DNA from: Cyanidioschyzon merolae
Taxonomy: Eukaryota
NCBI GenBank assembly: GCA_000091205.1
Contig: AP006499.2
Length of the DNA: 64,000 nucleotides
Reading direction: 5' to 3' (one strand)
Under the pieces are notes generated by a model, which saw nothing but the letters and a program-made list of their open reading frames with translations, had not been told where the DNA came from and searched no databases. How positions within the stretch are numbered: the first letter of the stretch is position 1; each line of letters opens with the position of its first letter. The position numbers and the translations under genes are program-made. This document shows positions 56,711-64,000 of this stretch, piece by piece.

Positions 56711-58213
56711 TTGAAACTTATAATGTGGGCCAGCGTTCTTCGGTTCTTACCAAAGCATAAGGGAAACTTAGGTCGTTGTATGTCCGTGAGAGCCAGCGTC
56801 TTGCGTTCTGAGCATACGGCTCCGTTTTGGGAAGCACCATTGAGCAGGGCGTTGCCGCTGTACCAGGAGGGTTTCCTGCCCCGAACGGCTTCTGTGAGCC
56901 AAGCCGAGCCGACGCGCACCGAAACTGCACCCGTGCGCTTTCAGATGGCGCCAAGTGGAGCGGGGGACTCGTTGGTTTTTTTGCATGAAACATCGTCGGT
57001 ACGTGGTGCTCTCGAAGAGATGGTGCACCGGAATACCGCCTTTGTTCTCGTTGTGGGCGACCCCTTTAACCGGTCATCGCCAAAGGCGGACGTTCCTGCG
57101 TCAACTTCGGATATTGTGCGCATCTCCAGCGAAGCTGAGGGTGATGATCAGCGCGTTGATACCGAGCATGCTGCCGTGATCGGGTTGTTCACAGAGCGCG
57201 ACCTCTTGCGCTGCCTGGCGGACGCCGTCGCGGAGCAGCGCACCGGCGAAGCTGCAGCGCTCTCATTCCGTCTGCGGAAGGCGATGAGTCCGCTTTACGA
57301 TCGGTTTGGGACGCTAAAAGTGTCATCAAATACCATATATGATGCTGTTATGGTCATGCGGGAACGGAACATTCAAACCATACCCATCATTCGCGAGGAG
57401 GAGCACGAAGAGGACTACATCTTGCCGGGGGGTCATCCAGCAGCGGGCGAGAGCGCTTCCAGCAGCTACACCCTGGCATTGCCACCTCGATCGTTTTGTG
57501 GCGTTCTGACAGCACGCGATGTGGCTCGCTTCTTCCTCGCCCAAGATGCTAGCGTCCAAGATGCAGTCTGTAGCCTGGAGACGTCGACTGACGCTGGCGT
57601 CAGAGCATCGCGATCGACACGTCCGATGCTTCTGCGTCATCTCTTGTCTTGGCGCCTGCGTCGACTCTTTGAAGGCGCTCGACCTTTAAGTGATACTTTC
57701 CTCGAAGAAGACATCGTCGTGTACGAATCCGAGCATTACAGGGTGGTTTCAGTCCCTCGCTCGGCATCAGTGCGGGACGCGATCGCGGTCATGGCACAGC
57801 ACGATGTTCGTACGCTTCTGATTAGTGAGGACGCTAGTTCCGGCTTCGATGCAGCCGGACCCTATCCCAGTATTTACGGTGTCATTACGTTGCGAGATCT
57901 CATGAGGCAGGTCTTCTATCCACGAAGAAATCCGCTGGCGCTCAGCATGCAGACTCTCTTTCGTGAGCGCTGGACAGCGGCAGGGGTATCGAGGCCGCAA
58001 CTCGCAGCCGAGGAGCGCAAGTACGGAATCTCACCTGATGATGAAGTGGCGCATGCGCTGCGCTTGGTCGGTGGTATGAACGAGCGGCACATCCCAGTGT
58101 ACGTCTACAATGACGCTGATCAGACGAGCAACTGCGTCGCGATGGTGAGCGTCAAGGAGATGCTGTCGGGTGTCCATGCGGCAGAGCAGCGGCGGCGCGG
58201 GCAACGGTACTAA
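56711..58213 (+). CDS. CBS-domain-containing protein
   Basis: 500-aa ORF with several CBS-like segments (VIGLFTERDLLRCLADAV, CGVLTARDVARFFL, YGVITLRDLMRQVF, VAMVSVKEMLSGV). The N-terminal half is low-complexity. Confidence 0.5.
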   Translation: MKLIMWASVLRFLPKHKGNLGRCMSVRASVLRSEHTAPFWEAPLSRALPLYQEGFLPRTASVSQAEPTRTETAPVRFQMAPSGAGDSLVFLHETSSVRGALEEMVHRNTAFVLVVGDPFNRSSPKADVPASTSDIVRISSEAEGDDQRVDTEHAAVIGLFTERDLLRCLADAVAEQRTGEAAALSFRLRKAMSPLYDRFGTLKVSSNTIYDAVMVMRERNIQTIPIIREEEHEEDYILPGGHPAAGESASSSYTLALPPRSFCGVLTARDVARFFLAQDASVQDAVCSLETSTDAGVRASRSTRPMLLRHLLSWRLRRLFEGARPLSDTFLEEDIVVYESEHYRVVSVPRSASVRDAIAVMAQHDVRTLLISEDASSGFDAAGPYPSIYGVITLRDLMRQVFYPRRNPLALSMQTLFRERWTAAGVSRPQLAAEERKYGISPDDEVAHALRLVGGMNERHIPVYVYNDADQTSNCVAMVSVKEMLSGVHAAEQRRRGQRY

Positions 58214-58470
58214 TGCGGTGACTAGGCGCTGCTGGTTGCCTGGTAGGTAGGGTGCCAAGCAACGCTGTCCTGGGGATTGTAGGCGAAAAGATGATCATCG
58301 TGCTCGATTTGCGCACCAGGAGCAACTTGCGTTGACCGATGATACCTGTAGACTACTCCAGACGAATGCTCGCGAAAGCATATATGCATTGATCACGCGA
58401 GCTGTTTAGAGTATAAGCGCTGGTGAAAAGGCACGCGCATACGCTTAACATGAACCTGTTCTATAACAGG

Positions 58471-58603
58471 CAAAACTGATGCTATGTGCTCCACATCGCC
58501 GCTTTGACCTGCGCAAGTTGTACCGTATTCGCAAATAGCGCTCAAAACTGATGCTTTGTGCTCCACATCGCCGCTTTGACCTGCGCAAGTTCTAGCGTAT
58601 TCG
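58471..58603. repeat. Duplicated 60-nt motif (2 copies separated by 11 nt)
   Basis: caaaactgatgct[a/t]tgtgctccacatcgccgctttgacctgcgcaagtt[gtac/ctag]cgtattcg at 58471-58531 and 58543-58603, about 260 bp downstream of the CBS-domain gene stop. Confidence 0.75.
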
Positions 58604-59390
58604 TGACATTTGTCAACACCATTGCCGCAGCCGCCTTCTCAAGGAGCGTATCCGGCATGCAACATGGACCTGTTCGAATGAGCAAGCGATACCCGCGTTT
58701 CACGACGTAAGCCGTCGCCTAGAGCACGTTTACCTAAACCATATAGTGTTGCTGATGCACGTGTCGTGCACGAGGCGCGCTGACACCGATCCCATGTACC
58801 TGGAGGATATATGGTTGCCCGAGTGCTTTCACAGGAAGCACAGGGCCCGCCAGCATATGTACACGCGGGAGCCTGCCAATGCCAAGCTCATCATCGGTGC
58901 TCATTTCGCTGCTGAACGCACCGTCACTGGCACCCTCCGTTGACTTGACAGCTCTGCGCGTTTCTCGACGAAAGCTATCGAGCGTGCATCTGAAGTAAGA
59001 CTCTGAGAAGGGCGTTTCTCTGCCTCCCATTATACACCTATGCCCGCGTATATGGCTCGGTTACGACACGTACAAACGCCGATACGCTGCGACTCGACTG
59101 CAAGAAGCAGCGCAACAGTGCCTGGAAGAGGTAACCCGCCACAAGTCGCCCGTTCATAGCGCAGCCAATGCGCGATACGGGTAAACGCGCATGCTCAAAA
59201 CGACAGCTTCTCTTTGTAGATACCAGCGATACGCGTATTGCTTAGTTGGCATGCACCGGACTCAGTTTAGAGCGCGCTCGTGAGCTTGCCACTCGGTCGA
59301 CGAGCACACGGTTGCAGTAGTTCGGCAGCTGCAAGCGTACGCGCACGTGCGCTACTAGAGCTGGAGCCCGACGCACACGCTGGAAACGCT

Positions 59391-59418
59391 TCGTCGTCGT
59401 CGTCGTCGTCGTCGTCGT
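59391..59418. repeat. (TCG)9 microsatellite
   Basis: tcgtcgtcgtcgtcgtcgtcgtcgtcgt read directly. Other short trinucleotide runs lie at about 30676 (CTG)5, 34941 (AAC)5(AGC)5, 44663 (GCT)7, 47707 (TTG)4(CTG)3, and (AC)8 at about 36948. Confidence 0.9.
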
Positions 59419-59540
59419 TTCGCCAGCTTCCATGCAACTCCGCGAGGTCGCGGCAAGCGATCAAGTCGCAAGGTGTGATCACGCGAAACTCGCCGAAGAA
59501 GGATATCCCTGACTAGCTAGCTAGCTAGCTGGCTGGGCGT

Positions 59541-62500
59541 TTACGCTCCAGGTGGATCCCCGATATGATGTGAGCGTTGTGGCGCCTCTGATGCAACGGA
59601 CATGCCGATCCCTGCTTTCGGGTTCGTTGTCGCTGCCGTTGAGTTCGTTGGGTAAGCACGGTCTCCGCTATCGCCAAATACGTCCGTGGGTTGCTGTGAC
59701 CCCGAACCCGAGACAAGCGGCACTCGTTCTGCGCGCGTCGTTGCAGGCATTGCCAGAACAGTGAGATGCTGGAGCTGTTGGCGCACCAGGGCCATTTCCT
59801 GCCGCAGTGCTTCAATATCGCGACGCAAAGTCCCTTGTTCCTGGCGGAGGGATGAGAGCTCTCCTCGCAAATGTTCCACAGGTTCATTGCCTGGCTTGAT
59901 CGGTCCATTGCCGGATGGTACTGCACCCATGGCTGGATGCGGCAACAAAGCGGGGCTATAACCAGAGGTACCTGCAGGCGGTCCGACACTGATGCCGCTG
60001 GCTGCCGCAGCGCCGCTTTCCATGCCGCTCGCTTGACTGTGCTCAACACGTGGTGAAACGTAGGAATGGAGCGGTCCGGTTCCGGAGCCACTATCATGTA
60101 TACTGGAAACACCGTGCGGAATACCAGGGTACAGAGCGGCACTGGATGCCGGCCCTGCTCCTATGGAGATATCCGCGGCTGAGGCAGCGAACTGCAGGTT
60201 TCCGGCCAGCAGGGCCGAAAGTGTGCGTTGCAGGCCTCGTGCGTGGTGCAGCAATGCCAGCAGGTCCTCCTCGGAGACATTCGCTAGTGGCAGATTTGTG
60301 GTGGCGCGTTGCGCTCGACCTGGAACAGTACCTGCTGCGGAGGCATCTGTGGATGGATCCTTCGGAGACGTCGACGACGATGCAGTGATGCGAGTATGCG
60401 GCTGCCAAGCGTTACAAGTGGCAGTACCCGGAACGCTGCCATATCCCCGTTGATTTGGATGATTGTTGTTCATCGACGGTTGCGTCGCCCAGCGCGACGG
60501 CGGCGGTGGCGGTGACTTGGGTTTCGGTGCACGCGGAGGAGAACGCGTCGCACTCTGTGGCTGCTGGAATACACCGTCCAAAGCAGCTAGCGAAACGTAC
60601 AGAGGATTATGCGGAGAAACATCCCCAGTCGACGCGCTAGATCCTGGTGGTTGCGCTGTCGTTGCGGCTGCTCCACTGGAAAGAGCGGCTCTGGCAGAAG
60701 CAGAAGTTGGCATCGCCTGATGCAGTGGAATATCGATAACCTCAAAACGCCCGTGACTCGAGCGTCGAGACGCCTCGCCCAGTGCAGAGCCACCAGATGG
60801 TACATGTGGGGTCGAGCTTCGGTTCGGATGCGACGTGCTGGCTTCATGGACTGCTGCAGATGATGATGCCGCAGCTGCAGCCGCAGTTACTGCCGCCTCA
60901 GAAGGTCGTGCATTCCCTGACTCAACGGAATGCAACAGTCGCCTCGTTGATTGCCCCTGAGCGTTCCCCGGGTATATGCCATCCCCCAGAGAAGTGATCG
61001 TGGTGGATCCTTCATCGGTCGTCATCGATGTGCCAGTTCGCATGCCCAGTTCAGGTGGCGCGGTATTCCGACTCCCAACAGATTGGTTATAGAACCGGGG
61101 ACGTACGCTGCTGGTGCTGCTGCTATCACTAGCACATGGGTCTGCGGAGACCGCTCCCGGCCTTGGACTCGCGCGTGCTCGCACGTCCTCCGTGAGCATC
61201 TCACGCGTGATAATGTCTTCATGGACAAGGCACGCTGTACTAGGCGAGGTGTGTGGGCGGGACGGCTCCGTATCCACCAGGAGGAAACGCCCAGCTCGTC
61301 GAGACGACCCTGTCTCCACTTTGACAAGATTTTCTGCTGCAGGAGCGGTTTCCTGAGAAAGCGCTGACTCCGTCTCTGCTGATGCGCGCGACGTACGCAC
61401 CGGCGCCGGTTCCACGACCGAGGATCCTAGTGACTGTATATGTTCGTTTTCTGAAACAACAGCGGCAAGATCCGTTACAGGCTGCAGCCTATCTGGGGCT
61501 GGTACTGCGATGCTTTCCGGAATCCGCTGCAGATCACGTTCACGTTTTGCCTCAATTAACTCAGGGCTGTCTGCAAAGTTCCAACCACTGATACCCATCA
61601 CATTTCGGGGATGCTCCGGCGAGCGTCGTCCAGTCTGCGATGCCTGCGATTCCATCGTGCTCGATGAGGCGCTGCTGGCAGGCTGTTGCGACCAGGGCTC
61701 CTGCCCGGGATGCTTCGCCCCAGCGCCCGCTGACGCCACGTGACCCCGTTGCAGGGAGATACGCTCCTTCTCGGAGAGTGGATTCAACTCCAGCGGCGGC
61801 ATTCGGGAGAGCATGTTGGCAGCCCAGCCATTTTCCAATGGAAGCTCCGTCTGCATAAATGGATGTTTCAAGAGCTCACTCGCAGAAGGCCTCTTGTGTG
61901 GATCCTTGTGCAGGCAGAGTTCGACGAAAGCCCGAAACTCGCTGCTAAACCGCTCCGGATGCTCCAGTGTCGGTGGCGGACCCTGTAAGGTTAACTGAAG
62001 CACTTTCATCGGTGCGAAGCGCTCATAGGGCGCACATCCCTGGGCTAATTCGATAGCTGTGATGCCGAACGACCAAATATCTGCCTTGTAGTCGTAACCA
62101 GAGACCTGCTCCATTACTTCCGGCGCCATCCAGCACGGCGTTCCGACAAAAGTCTGCCGCAAGCGACGCGAGATGCCGCTCTCCAGCATGAGCCCCAGAT
62201 ACGTATAGTCTGTGAGCAGGATTCGGGCATCTGGTGTCAGTAAAATGTTATCTGCTTTGATATTGCGGTGGATCTGACGATTCCGGTGAAAGTATTCGAG
62301 GCCCCGCAGCGTACCGTGCAGTATGTACCGAATCACGGCCTCGTCAGGGAAGCCTTCGGGATACAAGTGGCGCAAAATCCGCCCGACAGGAGTCCCTGCG
62401 ACAAAAGGCATCACAATCCAGAGGTTATGCCCCACGGAAAAGGATGTTCGATAGGGCACAACGTTTTCGTGGGAGCTTAAAGACATGACGCGAATCTCCT

Positions 62501-62708
62501 TGATTAGATCATCGAGGGAGAGCGGCAAGCCTTCCAAGTTGATTACTTTGATCGCTACAGCTTCATTGCCGGCCGCAGGACAGATCGCCCGGTACACTGC
62601 TGAGTTTTCCCCGTGACCCAGCTCTTCGAGGAACTCGTACCCGTCAGGCGTCACCGGGTAGCGGCGCGGCGAAGCGGCAGTCACCACATCAACTCCTTTA
62701 TCCGCCAT
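59541..62708 (-). CDS. STE20-family (OSR1/SPAK/STRAD-like) protein kinase domain protein, predicted pseudokinase, with about 750-aa low-complexity C-terminal region
   Basis: Start at MADKGVDVV (ATG 62708; the ORF track extends to 62855). YEFLEELGHGENSAVYRA...AVAIKVINLE...HRNIKADNILL...LLTDYTYLG...FVGTPCWMAPEV...DIWSFGITAIELAQGCAPY follows the STE20/OSR1 order. However, HRD is HRN, DFG is DYT and the glycine loop is GHGENS. Confidence 0.75.
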   Translation of the reverse strand: MADKGVDVVTAASPRRYPVTPDGYEFLEELGHGENSAVYRAICPAAGNEAVAIKVINLEGLPLSLDDLIKEIRVMSLSSHENVVPYRTSFSVGHNLWIVMPFVAGTPVGRILRHLYPEGFPDEAVIRYILHGTLRGLEYFHRNRQIHRNIKADNILLTPDARILLTDYTYLGLMLESGISRRLRQTFVGTPCWMAPEVMEQVSGYDYKADIWSFGITAIELAQGCAPYERFAPMKVLQLTLQGPPPTLEHPERFSSEFRAFVELCLHKDPHKRPSASELLKHPFMQTELPLENGWAANMLSRMPPLELNPLSEKERISLQRGHVASAGAGAKHPGQEPWSQQPASSASSSTMESQASQTGRRSPEHPRNVMGISGWNFADSPELIEAKRERDLQRIPESIAVPAPDRLQPVTDLAAVVSENEHIQSLGSSVVEPAPVRTSRASAETESALSQETAPAAENLVKVETGSSRRAGRFLLVDTEPSRPHTSPSTACLVHEDIITREMLTEDVRARASPRPGAVSADPCASDSSSTSSVRPRFYNQSVGSRNTAPPELGMRTGTSMTTDEGSTTITSLGDGIYPGNAQGQSTRRLLHSVESGNARPSEAAVTAAAAAASSSAAVHEASTSHPNRSSTPHVPSGGSALGEASRRSSHGRFEVIDIPLHQAMPTSASARAALSSGAAATTAQPPGSSASTGDVSPHNPLYVSLAALDGVFQQPQSATRSPPRAPKPKSPPPPPSRWATQPSMNNNHPNQRGYGSVPGTATCNAWQPHTRITASSSTSPKDPSTDASAAGTVPGRAQRATTNLPLANVSEEDLLALLHHARGLQRTLSALLAGNLQFAASAADISIGAGPASSAALYPGIPHGVSSIHDSGSGTGPLHSYVSPRVEHSQASGMESGAAAASGISVGPPAGTSGYSPALLPHPAMGAVPSGNGPIKPGNEPVEHLRGELSSLRQEQGTLRRDIEALRQEMALVRQQLQHLTVLAMPATTRAERVPLVSGSGSQQPTDVFGDSGDRAYPTNSTAATTNPKAGIGMSVASEAPQRSHHIGDPPGA

Positions 62709-64000
62709 GGTTGCACCTCTGAATCTCAACGATACAAACGAAGGGCGTACAAGAACAGGTGTCAGCGCAGCGGTTTGCTCTAGCGCCTCCAAGCAGCAGC
62801 AGCACGTATGCGGTAACCGCTTCAACCAGCCAGCCAGCAACAAACAAACAAACACTCACGTGCGTTTACCGAAAAACGGTTTGGAGAATGGACGCATACG
62901 GTGCGCGCCGAGCGCTCTCTGTGTCAACAGCGGCAGTATACAGAAACACAGGAGAGCGTCAACCGGCGTTCAGCTTCAATGAACGATATCGCAGTACAGT
63001 GCCAGTGATGTGTCCGATAACATGGTGCTGGCTTGTGCATAGGGTCTCCACTTGACGTCTCCGCTCCTAAGCAGGTCTCGCGCAAAACGCACCGCCTAAC
63101 GTCGTCGAATGCTCTACATGGAGCGTCTGTGGAACAGCGATTCGTGGTGAGCGAAGAAGTGTCCATAGAAATCTGCATTTTGTCTGATAACGGTGCATGC
63201 AGTCTGGTCGTATGTGTGTTGATATAGGCTCCAATGCGTGCCTGAGGTCGTACGGGTAAATACGCGCTGGAAGCTGCGGACGGAATCCAGGTAGCGCTAT
63301 GACAATCGAAGGATCCGCTAGCGAGTGGTCGACGCTGACGGCTCGACGTAGTCGAATCACTGTGCAAGGGCACGGGGCGAGCCCAGGTCGAACTCGCTGA
63401 GACCCAACCAGCTGCGGATGAAAGAGGTGCTCCAAGGAACGCAGCATCAAGGTCAGCGATATGGCAGAAGCGGGAACGCACGCACACACAGTGTGGAACG
63501 AGTGCAGTGCACGATGGATCTGGTATTGCTGTCATCGCTTTTGGTACATGAGTATCACCTGTCGACCGAATGAAGTCCGTAGCGACAGCAAGTGGCGCCT
63601 GGGCGCGGGGAAGGTTGGGCGTTTTCCCGGAAGCGTCGCGAGTCCGCACGAAAGACCCGCTGGTCGACAGTGCACCGACGATAACTGCGTCGACTCGTCA
63701 TGCATGACATGAAGAGAACGACAGCCTCGGTGGTGTCCGTACAACTAGACTACTGCAGAGCGGTGATTTTTGCGGCACGCTAGTCGTACTCGTACGAGAA
63801 TAAAATGGTATGGGCCCAAGCCGAGCGTACACGTTCAAGTATCGGTCTCTTCCGAAGGTCATCAGCAGAAGCCGTTGCGAGCTTTTTCCTGTGACCGCTT
63901 CCTTGCGCTCTGTTCAAATCGCCGGCTATCAATAGGTCTGGAGCTCCAGTCCCTCTGGATCCCTTACCAGCTGTCGAAGCATGTTGATGGAAGCGTTCAA

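Noticed and set aside
1-64000. tRNA / rRNA / snRNA genes
   Set aside because: I scanned for T-loop-like GTTCGA/GTTCAA contexts (e.g. 3061, 49771, 58651) and found no 5-bp T-stem or cloverleaf around any of them. There are no rRNA-like conserved blocks. None are reported.
1-64000. Kinetoplastid-style polycistronic locus (GC-rich, intron-less)
   Set aside because: Gene orientation switches at nearly every gene (e.g. -,+,+,-,-,+,+,+,-,+,-,+,+,-,+,-), which is incompatible with long unidirectional clusters. The organism is left unassigned.

Overview
This window reads as a GC-rich, gene-dense nuclear locus from an unidentified eukaryote. Uninterrupted ORFs on both strands encode recognisable eukaryotic housekeeping proteins: CHMP6/Vps20, Nop56, Rad50, a Rab18-like GTPase, the HSP90 co-chaperone p23, mitochondrial citrate synthase, COQ10, SRP72, a CDK9/12-like kinase, Fis1, PRA1, a DGAT1/ACAT-type MBOAT, NDUFS3, inositol monophosphatase, a CBS-domain protein and a STE20/STRAD-like kinase. 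There are no operons, RBS-like spacing or prokaryotic hallmarks, and strands switch too often for kinetoplastid-style polycistrons. I could not assign the organism.

The most interesting content is a roughly 3.1 kb element present in three degenerate copies. Two are full length (about 14.37-17.57 kb and 53.47-56.56 kb, both on the minus strand) and one is a 3' fragment (about 50.38-50.77 kb, plus strand). Each carries an approximately 700-aa ORF with TnpB/Fanzor-type RuvC motifs. These are a GxDxGxT RuvC-I-like motif, a degenerate zinc finger preceded by ...VTIPVDEFRTSHT..., and a RuvC-III-like C-terminus ...EFVNRDFNAAINIRRRA. The three copies also share a conserved non-coding 3' tail that is a candidate fRNA/omegaRNA scaffold, and a roughly 0.65 kb 5' non-coding module I call repeat A. 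A second, near-identical solo copy of repeat A lies 1.3 kb downstream, so the Rab18-like gene is flanked by direct repeats.

Both full-length copies fill bidirectional promoter regions (Rad50 <-> Rab18, and IMPase <-> CBS-domain protein). The 3' tail of one copy ends within about 20-45 bp of the Rad50 ATG. The copies carry independent frameshift and nonsense lesions, and one copy has lost the RuvC-III aspartate, so they look like decaying pseudogenes of a recently active family.

Other notable items are a 69-bp x4 minisatellite in the PRA1/DGAT1 divergent promoter, a 120-bp tandem duplication, a duplicated 60-nt motif after the CBS-domain gene, a STE20-like predicted pseudokinase (HRD->HRN, DFG->DYT), and several stretches with no long ORFs in an otherwise compact region.
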